DNA of 62,053 nt. Source: Octopus bimaculoides (taxonomy: Eukaryota). A program made the translations under genes and the position numbers. The stretch covers positions 30,955,880-31,017,932 of the forward strand of contig NC_068994.1 in NCBI RefSeq assembly GCF_001194135.2, read 5' to 3'. Shown here piece by piece: positions 49,061-62,053 of the stretch; positions within the stretch are counted from its first letter, which is position 1; each line of letters starts with the position of its first letter. The notes below the pieces were generated by a model. That model made no database searches and was not told where the DNA came from. It saw nothing but the letters and a program-made list of their open reading frames with translations.

Positions 49061-50314
49061 GGAGGGAAAGAGAGAGAGAGAGAGAGAATGGGAGGGAGAG
49101 AGACGTATGCATATGCATAATTAAAATAAATTTGATAAATTTGAAGAGGCGAAGGATCTGATCTACTTCTTCAACTGTTCGCCATATTTTATTCTGCCGT
49201 TCTTGAAGTAGCTTTTCGTGATCTATCAGAGAAATCATACTCTAGTTTCGGAGATTTCCAACGGCAAGGATTCAAGGTGGATCAAATCAAAGTTTCGACC
49301 TGTGTATCCGATATTCTTCTCGAAGATAACTGTGCTCTTCTAACCCGTTGCCCTTTTCTATAAAATGCAACATTATTGTAAGCAGATATTTGAAAACTAC
49401 AAGTGTGAATTCCTCAAAACCTCCACTGTAAACGGGTGCTGTGTTAAGCCTTCAAAGTATGTTAGGGCCTCTCTACCTCTGTGTGTGTGTGTGCTTATTT
49501 ATGTGTGTGTGCGTGTTTGTGTGTATGAGTGTGTGTGTGTGTGTCTTTGTGTGTGTGAGTATCTTTGTGTGTGTGTCTTTGTGTGTGTGAGTGTCTTTGT
49601 GTGTGAGTGTCTTTGTGTGTGTGTGCGTGTGTGTGTGTGAAAATAGAAAGTTAATAAAGATGAATGAGTAAATAATTGATACTAAGGCCGTTATATTTTT
49701 AAAGTGTATTTTGACCACCAGGGATAACTACCCTAGTGAACAAAATGGACTCNNNNNNNNNNNNNNNNNNNNNNNNNNNNNNNNNNNNNNNNNNNNNNNN
49801 NNNNNNNNNNNNNNNNNNNNNNNNNNNNNNNNNNNNNNNNNNNNNNNNNNNNNNNNNNNNNNNNNNNNNNNNNNNNNNNNNNNNNNNNNNNNNNNNNNNN
49901 NNNNNNNNNNNNNNNNNNNNNNNNNNNNNNNNNNNNNNNNNNNNNNNNNNNNNNNNNNNNNNNNNNNNNNNNNNNNNNNNNNNNNNNNNNNNNNNNNNNN
50001 NNNNNNNNNNNNNNNNNNNNNNNNNNNNNNNNNNNNNNNNNNNNNNNNNNNNNNNNNNNNNNNNNNNNNNNNNNNNNNNNNNNNNNNNNNNNNNNNNNNN
50101 NNNNNNNNNNNNNNNNTATTTATTTAAATTGCTTTGTATAATATGCAACACAGCTTTTAAGGCAACAAAATTCAGTTGTGACAATAACAAAAACAACAAC
50201 AGTAAAAGAAAACAAAAACGCTATAAATAGGGACAAAAAACAACTAATAATAGTTTATCATAACGATACCACTTTCCCTCCTTCTCGCGCTCTCTCTCTG
50301 TTTCTCTCTCTCTC

Positions 50315-50364
<50 letters not shown>

Positions 50365-50769
50365 GAGTCACACTCATCCGTCTCTTTGACACAGACATAT
50401 AACAATTATAAAAGTCACCAGTTCAGGATCAATATTGTAAAAAATCATATAAGCAAATAGCAATTAATTTCACCAGCGAACATATGAACGCGTGTGCGTA
50501 TGTGTGCGTGTGTGTGTGTGTGTGCGTGTGTGTGTATATCATTATTATGTGAATGTATATGTGCATGTACATATGTGTATATTTTCAGAAAAAGAGATGT
50601 ATGTATGTTTACATGTATGTATTGTGTGTATGTATGTATGTATGTATGTATGTATGTATGAATGTGTACATACTGAAAAGAAACTTGTCATATCAGGCTG
50701 AAAGTTCGATAACATGGGATTTGCATCAAGTATTTTAAATGGGTTTTTTTTTATGATTCATTGTACGCG

Positions 50770-50837
<68 letters not shown>

Positions 50838-52274
50838 NNNNNNNNNNNNNNNNNNNNNNNNNNNNNNNNNNNNNNNNNNNNNNNNNNNNNNNNNNNNNNN
50901 NNNNNNNNNNNNNNNNNNNNNNNNNNNNNNNNNNNNNNNNNNNNNNNNNNNNNNNNNNNNNNNNNNNNNNNNNNNNNNNNNNNNNNNNNNNNNNNNNNNN
51001 NNNNNNNNNNNNNNNNNNNNNNNNNNNNNNNNNNNNNNNNNNNNNNGAGCAGAAACATTTGCAAACACAGCTCCTCAAGTATATATGTGAGCGCTTGCGT
51101 GTGCATAGTTGTGTATTTGTGCGGTGCAGCTACTAGGCAACATGGGAGAGGCAATCCGTTTCAGGCGACACTTCTCTGGGAGCAGCACTTTTGGGTCTGC
51201 TATATAAGCCCTGTGTAGGCCTGGGGTGATGGCTGAGGGCGGCAAATTCAAAGGCTGCATCCGGCAGCACATAGCCCAGTTACGCCATTGTTTGTGTATG
51301 CGTGTGTATGTTTATATGTGTGTGTGTGTGAGAGAGTGTGTGTGTGTGAGAGAGAGTGTGTGTGTGTGAGAGAGAGTGTGTGTGTGTGCGTGCCTGTTTG
51401 TGCGTGTGTGTGAGCGTGTGCTTGTACGCTTAGGATATCAGACAGAATGAACGCCTTCAAATCATTCACTAAAGGCCGCCAAGTGATGGTGGTAATAGTG
51501 GAGGTGATAATGGTGGTAATAAAAGGGATGGTATATTAAGTTTATCACCCAACAACAGATGTAGGTAAATCCATCTGGTAGACGGCTATATAGTTTCATC
51601 ATTATCACCATCATCATCATCATCAACATTACTGCCTCAGGTCCATGGACATATGAGTGACCGAGATCACAGCATTCTCCTTGAACGGAACGTCAGAACA
51701 CAATTCAAGAACACAACACAACACACCGCCCGATACGGGAATCGAAGCAATTATCTGACGATCTTGAATGTAACGCTCTAACTACGCGCCTTCAATACAT
51801 AGTTTCCATCTCCCCAAATTCTATGAAAAGTCTTTGGAGGCAATGGTAAAGAGACGTATGTCCAAGATATTGGTGGATACAACAAACAGATGAGTCGCAA
51901 TATAGCTCGCCATGGTTTTGAAACCAGAATCAGATAATTCGTAAGTGAATTTCTCAACCACATAGCCTTACTTTCATTTTGACTTCGGCCATTGACCAGA
52001 TTGCTTGTCTGTCTAGCTGAAATAAATCGTTAGTACTACCTTACCATATACTTAAGTACAACATGATCTGACCTGTATCCGAGGGACTGAACTGGTTTTA
52101 AATATAAACAATTAAATTGGGGGGAAGAGTGGGGGTGGTAAAGTGGGTTTTCCAAACGTTTTAAAGCATGAAAAGCATAAAACCAGTAAATATATTGTTT
52201 ATATATGTTTGTATTTATGTGAACGTATGATTATATGTGTCGTTGATGTGTATGTATTTGTATGTGAATGTGTA

Positions 52275-52313
<39 letters not shown>

Positions 52314-52441
52314 ATGTGTGTGTATGTAACTATGTATATATGTATGTTTGTAATAATATAATAATAACTGGTCAACATATCAATAAACAAATTCAGCTGT
52401 TGTTTTTGAAATTTTGTCATACACACACACACGCACACAAA

Positions 52442-52481
<40 letters not shown>

Positions 52482-52489
52482 TACATACA

Positions 52490-52523
<34 letters not shown>

Positions 52524-52551
52524 CATACATATATACACACATACATATATG

Positions 52552-52642
<91 letters not shown>

Positions 52643-52984
52643 CAAATATATATGTATTCCGAATACATATGTACTCCAATCAATACGAATCGTAAGCTAA
52701 GGGAAAGTAACTCAAGTGGGTCATTGGCACAAATTTAGATAAAGCAAGTAGGTGCCGATGTACTGAATAGCATATTTCAAGTAATCGATTGAAACAAGCC
52801 TCTTAGTTCGAGAAGGAAACAAAGAAACAATCAAGCGGCAATTAGTAGTGATTCTCAATAAAAAGGAGGAGATAATTTCAAGAGTCTTACGATTAATCTC
52901 ACAGGAAACTGAATTTGCAAGTTTGAGAGGAAATTTATACTATTTGTTTGTTCATTTTATGGTTTGTCTTTGTTAATATAGGTG

Positions 52985-53140
52985 CAGACATGGTTGCATG
53001 GTTAAGAAATTCGCTTTTCAGATTCAGTCCCACTACGCGACACTTTGGGTTTTTGTCTTGTACTATAGTCCCGGGCCAACTAATGCCTTGTGAGTGAATT
53101 TGATAGACAGAACTTGTGTACAAGTTCGTCGTATATATTA
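52985..53140 (+). mobile_element. SINE family B head and core
   Basis: catggttgcatggttaagaa...ttcagtcccactacgcgacactttggg...ccaactaatgccttgtgagtga. Confidence 0.78.
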
Positions 53141-53143
53141 CGC

Positions 53144-53477
53144 ATCTCCCCAGACTGCAACTCCCTTGTTTATTATGTGTGGGGCGCAGTTGAGCGAGGG
53201 ACCCACAAAATTCCTTGTAACACCAAATATGAACTGAAAGCAAGGATTACGGCAGCATTCACTGATTTAAACAAGGAGACGGTCCAAAAGAGTTGCAGGA
53301 GATTCCGAAGTCGTCCGGAGGCCGTGGTTGAAGTCAATGGCGATTTTATTGAATAAATTTACTCTATAGTATTTCAAGATATTTTAATGTAATTTTGGTA
53401 AATATATCAGTTAAAATGAGATGTCAGTGTTATTTTCCTTTTTGCGTAATTTAGACGAGTTTATTCGCCACATCCTG
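53144..53477 (+). mobile_element. maT-like (DD37D) transposon 3' end with terminal repeat and TA
   Basis: SPDCNSLVYYVWGAVER...KSCRRFRSRPEAVVEVNGDFIE*, ending ...ttattcgccacatcctg|TA. Same family as 550-1230. Confidence 0.85.
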
Positions 53478-54678
53478 TATAGGCATGCATGTATGTATGT
53501 ATGTATGTATGTATGTATGTATGTATGTATGTATGTATGTATGTATGCATATATATAAAGACATTCAACGCATTAGCAAAAGTTACATATATTATTGTTT
53601 AAAACAGTTAATTCAGCTCCATGCGATGAACCGGAACGCATTAGGTTTCTGTAAGAAGCCTGCAAAACCTTTAGTCGCATGAAGCCTAATCAAACCGTTT
53701 GTCGGTTTGTCTGCTACTCTGTAAGTCTATCTATCTATTTATACTTCTGTCTGGCTGTTTGTCTATGTATCTACCCACGTCTGTATATTTATATACATGT
53801 ATATCATTTGATCTATTTTCCATTGCATCCATCCGTATGCACACACACACACACACACACGATTACATACACACATACACAAACACAGACACACCATGAT
53901 CACATCCTGTCGCGTCTCTATTAATCACTCCATATTACATTTTGGTTCGTCACGCCCTATCAAACATACGCAGCAATATGACCATGTTCTATCTAACGGA
54001 GTTTTATTCTATTGTAGAACAATGCGGAAATTTAGCTATCCTAACCCATCGCCATCACACAACACTTCATTTCGATAAGGTACGGATAGATCATGACATT
54101 TATCTCCACTTTGCAACACAAGCTTTTCATGTTAGTTGCGTCACCCCATATCCCGCATCAGTACATTGCATCAAGTTATGTTAGGATATGATACCGTTGC
54201 AACACTTTGTCGCTAATTTTCGGCCAGATCACTGGGTCTCGACCGCTTCTGGTGTTTGCTTGGAAGCGGAATATTTCTGGCATTGTACTAAATGTTAGAA
54301 ATCATGATCATGTGGTATTTAGGGGCAGTTTTTTCACATTCTGGAATCAACTTTGCCTTTCATCCTCTCACATGTATACTGAGAGACAAACAGTCAGCCA
54401 GACAGACATATGCATACATACATACATACATACATACATAAACAGGCTAGCAGGAAGGTAGGCAGACAGATAGACAGACAAGTATTGTGTGTGTGTGTGT
54501 TCTCTTAAAATGTCTTAACGGAAAACAAGCTGGTTAGTAACGTGAAAGATGTCTTTCCTGTTTGAGTTAATAAGAGTTTGAAATGTCTATGCGAGTGTGA
54601 GTGGACATGCGCACGCACATTTGAGTGTGTATACGTGCGTGTTTGAATATGAGTATTTGAGTGTGTGTGTGTGTGTAT

Positions 54679-54760
<82 letters not shown>

Positions 54761-54946
54761 CATATGTGAATATTGATATACCTGCATGCTTGTCATGAGC
54801 GCATTCCTTCTGGATGTGTAAATGTAAATGTGGACGAACTCGTACAATATGCACTTGCTCGCGTGCATGTGTGTATGTGTATGTATGTGTGTCAATGTAT
54901 TGATTACAAAAGAGATACTTTAACATTTTTTCTTATATTTTTGCAG

Positions 54947-56365
54947 TGGCCGGGAGATATTGACTCGTTCCAAGAAATTCTTCCCGAACTGAATATTCAG
55001 TATCGTAGACAACACCCACGGACAGACTATAGAACCAACCAACGAATCAGGCAGACTGCCAGTCAAACAACCAAGCAGCGCCTCGTACTGGCGACAAAAG
55101 CAGTATGAATTTATCTATTAACAAACTTTGTCTTCCTCTGTCACGTGAAACAAATAAACAGTAAACCGATAAAGGGACATCGTCGCTCAGTGGAAATCAA
55201 CGAGTGACAACACACCAGGAGGGAGCTTACTAGAGGAAACTCACTAGGGAGACTCACCACGAGCAACTAAATTGTTACATCTAAGAAGTAAAACAACAAG
55301 CAGCATGTAACAAATAAACATGTATCAACCAGTCATTGGCAACTAACTTGAAACAAACACTCTGTGGCGATCATCTCACAGCAGCTAACTTATGGCAATC
55401 AATAAATAGCAATCAGAGATAGCAGGTCACCAAGCAATATTTGGGCCAGTCTGTAATTGTCTGTGAATTTCTATTGTCAGCCATTCTGTGACAGCTTCTG
55501 TTCTTGCTAACATAAAGTCAAACATTTATCAGCAGTTCTAAAATTGTATAAAAATTATTTCAACGTCCCTCCACATTTCAGTAAATACCGAATCAGTTTC
55601 AACCATCCAACCAATATCAGCCATCAACCAGCGACAACCATCCAATCAGTATCAACCATCCAAACATTTTTAAGCTATCCAATCGACTGAAACTGTCCAT
55701 AAAAGGAACTTTGGGAAGCATCTAACCACTGTCGAGTATTTGTCATCAAGTGGTATCAACCATCGAATAATCATAAATTATCAACTGACCAGACGTTACC
55801 ATAACTGACTGTAACTCATACAATTGTGTTTCTTAACGGTCTGTCTCACTGATAATCAACCGTCCATATCAGCAGTAACCAGTCAATCAACGAGCAGTAA
55901 AGAAATTCCGAAACAACAAATCATCCAGCATCGCCCATCCATTCATCCATCTACTGGTTACTGCTCATCTATCGATTCATTAATCATCCACGTTCCATCT
56001 ACCTGCAACCACTTCAAGGTTCATCATTCTTTCAACCAGAAGTACCAAACAGTGATATTTTAACCAATCAAATCACTTAACTATCTTGTGTACCTGTTAA
56101 TCACCAGCTGCGATTTTGAACATTCTGCTATAATCCAACCAGCAACTTTAAACAACCGACCAATAGCAAGTCATCATCCAACCATCAAAAAACCATAACA
56201 CCAGCAGCTCTTTTATCCATTCGAACCAGCAGCCGCTACAATCTAACCAACGGCAATACCAATCGGCAGCATTGTCACCCAACCGTCAGCAGTACTACCA
56301 CTAAACCATCAGCATACAACCAACCACCCGATTAACTTGTTAATCGGCAGCTACCCACCGACATT
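54947..56365 (+). other. Probable long 5' UTR portion of the K2P channel exon
   Basis: A strong acceptor (tttttcttatatttttgcag|) ends at 54946. The region has no microsatellites or TEs, is A/C-rich and G-poor, and has only 4 ATGs, none in 55395-56365. Confidence 0.6.
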
Positions 56366-56774
56366 ATGGACCAATTGCAGCAAGGAATTCTTGAGAGTCC
56401 AAAGCGCTTACATAAAGCCATCCGAACCTTAATCAATATCATAAAGTCGTGGTTCGGTCTTCTCATACTTCTGATGATTTATTCGCTGCTCGGTGCCTAC
56501 GTGTTTATGGAGGTAGAAGGCCCAGCTGAAAGAAAGAGGCGCGCCGGCTTGCTTCGTGAACGTCTCTATCTGGGTGATCTGCTCTGGAATCTCACCTTAA
56601 ATTACGATGGTGACCCGCAGTCCTACAACAACTGGACGCAGTATGTCAAGGAACAATTGCCTCGCTATGAAGAACGTATATATCAGGCGTACAAGTACTC
56701 CATGTCTTCGGATGCTGAGGTTTGGGACTTCTACGGAGCGTTGCTGTACTGCGGTACGATTTACACTACAATAG
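56366..56774 (+). CDS. Two-pore-domain potassium channel (K2P; TWK/KCNK-like), first coding exon
   Basis: Encodes M1 (LLILLMIYSLLGAYVFMEVEGPAE), the extracellular cap, and the pore helix and filter (WDFYGALLYCGTIYTTIG). A GT donor at 56775 interrupts the TTIG|YG signature in phase 1. An in-frame stop lies upstream at 56333-56335. No further exons were found in the window. Confidence 0.93.
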
Positions 56775-57971
56775 GTAGGAGAGTTCCACGTTTGACCTTC
56801 CGTACTGATTACATGCTCACCTATTTATCCCAGCACTTCTTTGTCCATATCCCTTTCGGGTTCCCTTTCAGTTGGGCCACCTACTCATTTAAATGTTTAA
56901 AAATAAAAATGTTCCATATCTTATAATAGGTTGTTGTATACCCACTGGGAAGTTGTATCGAGGAGACGGCTTTTTAAAATAGAGAACAGAAAGTACTCAT
57001 AACTCTTCAAGAGCCTCTGAGCCTGATGGCAAGAAGTTTTCTTCAGACCAGAGACCTGACCCAAATTCTTACCACTAAAGTCAACCAAGGGTCATGAGGA
57101 GTAATTTAACAGGGCTAGGTTTTCCATCCAATATCGCGGCATCCATTTTGTTTTTATCTTTTGAGTGTGGTCGAAAATTACGGGTTCGAAAAATAAGTGA
57201 AAAGAATAACTCAACCAGAGATCAAAACTGTATAGCGAGCTCTGATCCTTACTATTATTGATTCGTGGTTACATAAGATAACATATATTGCAACACAAGA
57301 AATTAGTCATCCATTAAACACTCGATATCCATTAATTGTTTCCTTCTCAATAGATCAAACAAAAACAATACGTAAGAGTAGTTGTTTCTTTTTTCAAGTC
57401 ACTTATCACCTACAGCCACTACCATCATCCTCATCATGTTCATCATCATTCCCTTCACCATTATCGCGACCGTTATCCTCACCATCATCATCATCATCAA
57501 TATTGACATCACGACTATTATTTAGAATCATCAGAACTACGATCATCACAGCCACTATCAGCTCCATGATCACCTTCCATCACTAGCATCATTAACTACC
57601 GAACGACTATTATCACCACCACTACCACTACTACCACCACCACCGCCACCGCCATTACTATTATTGCCAAGACAATCTGTTATCACTAACACCATTACGA
57701 ATCAACCTCCAAACGCCACCGCCACCACCACCACCACCGCTGCCACCTTCACATCACATCACAAGGAAGCATTGCCATCAACTACAATCTTGAGCCATTA
57801 ACGTCTTTATCCCTTGTGTTACTTTCATCACCACACATCATCGTCAACAATTACAACGTACTGTCAACTTTATTGCCATTACCACCACCAATGTCACCAA
57901 CATTAAAACCAACACCAATGCTATAATCTTTTAGCACACATACACGCACACACAAGTACATGCACGCGTAG

Positions 57972-58061
<90 letters not shown>

Positions 58062-58276
58062 CATATACACACAGGCACAGCCATACACACACACACATAC
58101 ACACATGCACACTGACAAATACGTGTGCGCATTGACACACTCAGACACATACACACGCACAAACACATACACACATGTATACACACACACGCATACACAC
58201 TCACACTCAAACACGTGCGTACATAGGCACACACACACAACACACACACACGCATACACACACACACACACACACG

Positions 58277-58315
<39 letters not shown>

Positions 58316-58604
58316 ACAAAACACTATGTTTTCAGAGCAATGGCGTCATCTGTTTCAGTCAATCGATAGAACAACATGAAGCCAGCTGTACTGTTAGCTT
58401 TGAGCTGATAAGTTCGGCTGTAATTGAGGATAACTGAGATCTCGTAGTTGTTACGTCCTTAAGACGATATTGATCTGCTGTAATCGACACAGAGGGAGCT
58501 TTTTTTAACAAGACAGAAATTCTGAACTGAAAGAGAAAGAGATTCATCAATCTCTAGAGAGCATTTGTTCACCGTCAGGTGATATCCAAAAATGGATTAA
58601 TCGT

Positions 58605-58616
58605 CTACAAGCAGTA

Positions 58617-58647
<31 letters not shown>

Positions 58648-58664
58648 AAGCAGCAACAGCGATT

Positions 58665-58698
<34 letters not shown>

Positions 58699-58774
58699 CA
58701 GCAGCAGCAACAGCGATTGCAGTAGTAGTAGTAGTAGTAGTAGTAGTAATAGCAGCAGCAGCAACAGTGATTGC

Positions 58775-58816
<42 letters not shown>
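58605..58816. repeat. Compound (TAG)n microsatellite with a higher-order period
   Basis: TAG runs are interrupted three times by gcagcaacag(c/t)gattg. Confidence 0.9.
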
Positions 58817-58817
<1 letters not shown>

Positions 58818-59018
58818 TGAAGGGTTATAGAGAAGCAATTAATGGATGTCCAAATAAAAATAAAAAAACAGGTCGGCCAGCAGATTTAGAGACAAACAGA
58901 AAATAAATTAGATATAAGAGCGATAACAGAAGAAAGCAAACTAGAAAAGGAATAGACTGATGAACGAGGGGATATATTTTAGACCCAATGATAAAAGGGG
59001 AGTCGAAAAGATGGCAGG

Positions 59019-59058
<40 letters not shown>

Positions 59059-59299
59059 TTTTGTCCCAAACAAGGCTTCAGGCCGCTGTAACGTATAGAA
59101 GGAAAGGAAGAGGGCTTACAAATTCAAAAGATGTCGATTGACAGAAGTTTGAAGGACTGAATATCATAGGCCAGGGGAAAACAAGACAATGGTGATCAGT
59201 TCCACAGAGGAAAGAAAGTATTAGAATAAAAGGACATATGGCTAACAGGAAGTTCAACTGAAAAACATCTATAAATATTGATTTGGGCATAGGGACAGC

Positions 59300-59487
59300 A
59301 ATTTCAGGGGAGAGACAAGTCATTTACATCGACCCCAGTGCTCGACTGGTACGTATTTTATCGACTCCGAAAGAACGAAAGGCAAAGTCGACCTCGGCAG
59401 AATTTGACCTCAGAACGGAGAGTCGGACGAAATGCCGCTAAGCATTTTTCTGGCACGTTAACGATTCTGTCAGCTCGCTGCCTTAAC
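59300..59487 (-). mobile_element. SINE family A (intronic)
   Basis: Reverse head, B-box and core. Confidence 0.85.
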
Positions 59488-60206
59488 GTATGTAAATATT
59501 AGAGCAGAACTGAAACCCAGAATCAATTCAAAATACTATCTGCGTCCCTTATTCATAATTGGAAAAACTTAACTTAGAAATCCACTGCGGTCACACAGGC
59601 CACTCAGATTTTCCCGTCAATGTAAATTTAGTAATTCATCCAGAGCAGGTCGTGAAACTTCATTCACCTGACCAGATATTTAAGATTTCTAGTTTTGTCA
59701 CTTAAACTTTGACTGCTACTTTATTTTATCAAACCCAGAAAGATAAAGGACATTAGTCTGCCTAAATACCGCAAGATTTTTATCCCAGCTTTCTACCGTG
59801 TTCATTTCACTGACCTCTCTGCTATGATAATTTCTTTTGATTGGAAAGTTTTATAGAAAGTAGACTACGACAAAATGACTCAAACCCTGTATATGACTGG
59901 TACTTGTGCTAGCGACATCGGAGAGAATGAATGTCAAAACACAACTACGACAAAATTTAAACTCAGAATCAAGAAGGAAGGGGCTAAATACTTAGTTAAG
60001 TACAGGTTACTATACTTAATGTGGAGAGTCGATGATATTGTTTAATCAATTGAAATTATAACTGTATTGATCGAAAAGTTGTCAGTGTTAATAAAAATTA
60101 TTTTCGAAGGGGACAATGGAGAAAACTCCCGGATTTCAGTTCACCAAAAATGAAAAGAACATACGTTGGGTAGAGTGAAGTTGATCTTTGGTAGCTGAGA
60201 TAACAT

Positions 60207-60247
60207 CTTCAGACATGTTTCGGTCTCATTAGACCTCTTCAGAGAAG
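60207..60247 (-). ncRNA. Minimal type-I hammerhead ribozyme with a fully canonical core
   Basis: Minus strand: CTTCT CTGAAGA GGTCT-aatg-AGACC GAAA C-AT-G TC TGAAG. It has CUGANGA, a 5-bp stem II, GAAA, palindromic ACAUGU stem III and a GUC triplet. Stem I is 4 bp plus a U.U at 1.1/2.1. Confidence 0.8.
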
Positions 60248-60875
60248 TATAGTCAACATGCAAATACCTGGACCTCAGAACGACCAAAAGATATATTTGT
60301 GTGTGTGAGTGAAAACAATTCACTGATTCGGAGAAGTTTTATTAATTTCTTTACTAGCCTCGAAAGTATGAAAAACAAAATCAACCTCGATGGGATTTGA
60401 ACTCGGAACATTTAAGAGAGATAATTAAATGCTACAGAGCATTCTTTCTGCCACCGTCCTATTTTGCCTGATAATGAACCGACTAGTATATACCTCTAAA
60501 GGGTATCCCGTCTTGCTAGAAATAGCTACAATAGCTTCAAACCATACTTTTGCTGTCTAAAAAGAAAAAAATAATTGTCCATATGGGCCGTGTGATAAAA
60601 TATACTATAGTCACAGCTAGAACAAGATATCAGAATGGCGTTTGTATCGACAAAATCTAACACAATGTTTCTCAAAGTAGTTTCCGAGAAACCAGAGTTG
60701 ATAAATTTCGTTCCTTAAAATAAGGTGTCTTTTAATAAATTCAATAAATTTATATTCTAAACATATAGTATGTATACTTTCGGAATAAGTCATTATATAT
60801 ATATATAACTTATCACTTAAAATAGATTTTTATTAAATTAATTCTATGATATATATATATATATATATATATACA

Positions 60876-61375
60876 CGAGGTGTTATCAATAAGTATCCTG
60901 ACTGTTGTTATAGTAACGAAGCTAAAGCACGCAGAGTAAAGCTGCTTGGCACAGGCAGGTTGACCTTGAACTCTGTTGTGCATACGCACTAAGTTTTAGC
61001 ATTCTAGCTCACTTCCGTTGTTTACAGCAGTGCTTGGAAAGAAGGTGTGTAGCGTGTGATCGTCACGTTGACCATGACAGAGAAAGTTGTCCTAGCGATA
61101 CCATCTCAGAGGCAAAGTTGCAGAAAGTGTATGGAGAGGAGTGTATGAGCCGCACATGAGTGTACAAGTGGTTCAGACGTTTCCAAGATGACAGAAAAAA
61201 TGTCGATACCGACGAACGTTCTGGGACACCTGCAAGTAGTAGAACTGAGAAAAACATCGCAGATATGCGTGCAGCTGTGAGGAGAAATTGTCGAATCACC
61301 ATCCGTGAGTTATCAGCGAACGTGCTGATTAGTTACGGTTCAGTTCAGTCCATTATCACTGAAGATTTCTCTGAT
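60876..61375 (+). mobile_element. Mariner-like transposon 5' portion (HTH region)
   Basis: Starts CGAGGTGTTATCAATAAGT. Encodes KLQKVYGEECMSRT*VYKWFRRFQDDRKNVDTDERSGTP...RRNCRITIRELSA...ISYGSVQSII, a mariner N-terminus. No catalytic domain is present. Confidence 0.85.
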
Positions 61376-61507
61376 CAGGTATCGCCAAGCTTTTGGCAAA
61401 ATTTGATGCAGATTCTCTGTTCGAGTTTTTCTGTCACATGCTACACACCTACGTGCTTTAGGTTCGTTACTATGGCAACAGTCCAGATACTTATTGATCA
61501 GACCACA

Positions 61508-61597
<90 letters not shown>

Positions 61598-61602
<5 letters not shown>

Positions 61603-61780
61603 ATTCTTTTACTTGTTTCAGTTATTTGACTGCAGCTATGCTGGAACACCGCCCAAATCGGACTTATTTTTTGAAGCCTAGTATTTATTCTATCAGAGCC
61701 TTTTGTCGAACCGCTAAGTTACAGGGACGTAAATACACCAAAACCGGTTGTCAAACGGTAAGGCGGACAAACAAAGACAC
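61598..61780 (-). mobile_element. SINE family B 3' tail segment
   Basis: Reverse complement of the family B tail, flanked by (TG)n and (CA)n. Confidence 0.8.
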
Positions 61781-62053
61781 ACACACACACACTCACACAC
61801 ACACACTCACACACACTCACACACACACTCACACACACACACACATAATTGAAGAAATTGGAGTCAACAAGAAGGAGTACAGTTGGACAGTTATTTTTTT
61901 GTTGACTCCAATTTCTTCAATTTAATATTCACACACGACGAATACACAAAATTTTACTGGAAGTATATAATAATGCAGCCAAGTAGTATTGGGTAATTCT
62001 ACCCACTTCCTAACGGAATATACCGTAGCTATATATATATATATATATATATA

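Noticed and set aside
56775-56926. C-terminal 50 residues of the 186-aa ORF (RRVPRLTF...)
   Set aside because: This is intron read-through after the GT donor that splits TTIG|YG, with no channel-like sequence.
56775-62053. Search for the next K2P exon beginning (G)YG
   Set aside because: No acceptor followed by a YG.P.T.GR-type frame was found by eye, so it is presumed to lie beyond the window.

Overview
Eukaryotic, AT-rich draft-assembly DNA with dense microsatellites and about 16 N-gaps. The SINE and LINE content looks like an Octopus genome; this is inferred from recall and was not database-checked. There is no prokaryotic operon, CRISPR array, rRNA gene or intact tRNA gene. The only confidently recognisable host gene is a two-pore-domain (K2P/TWK/KCNK-like) potassium channel. 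Its first coding exon is 56366-56774 (+) and ends at the TTIG|YG phase-1 intron. It is preceded by a probable 1.4-kb 5' UTR that has four short uORFs and then 971 nt with no ATG. The rest is transposon debris: R4/Dong-like REL retrotransposons sitting in (TAA)n, a second REL family sitting in (CATA)n, two DD36E Tc1-like elements, DD37D maT and mariner fragments, a rearranged Merlin, a Helitron with an intact 3' end, Penelope-like remnants, fold-back MITEs and many tRNA-derived SINEs. The most notable unannotated signal is a set of about 8-10 minimal type-I hammerhead-ribozyme motifs with palindromic stem III. One has a fully canonical core (60207-60247, minus strand). Several sit inside long fold-backs or carry core variants. 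An Illumina adapter artefact is present at 47330-47346. Repeat boundaries are approximate and were read by eye.
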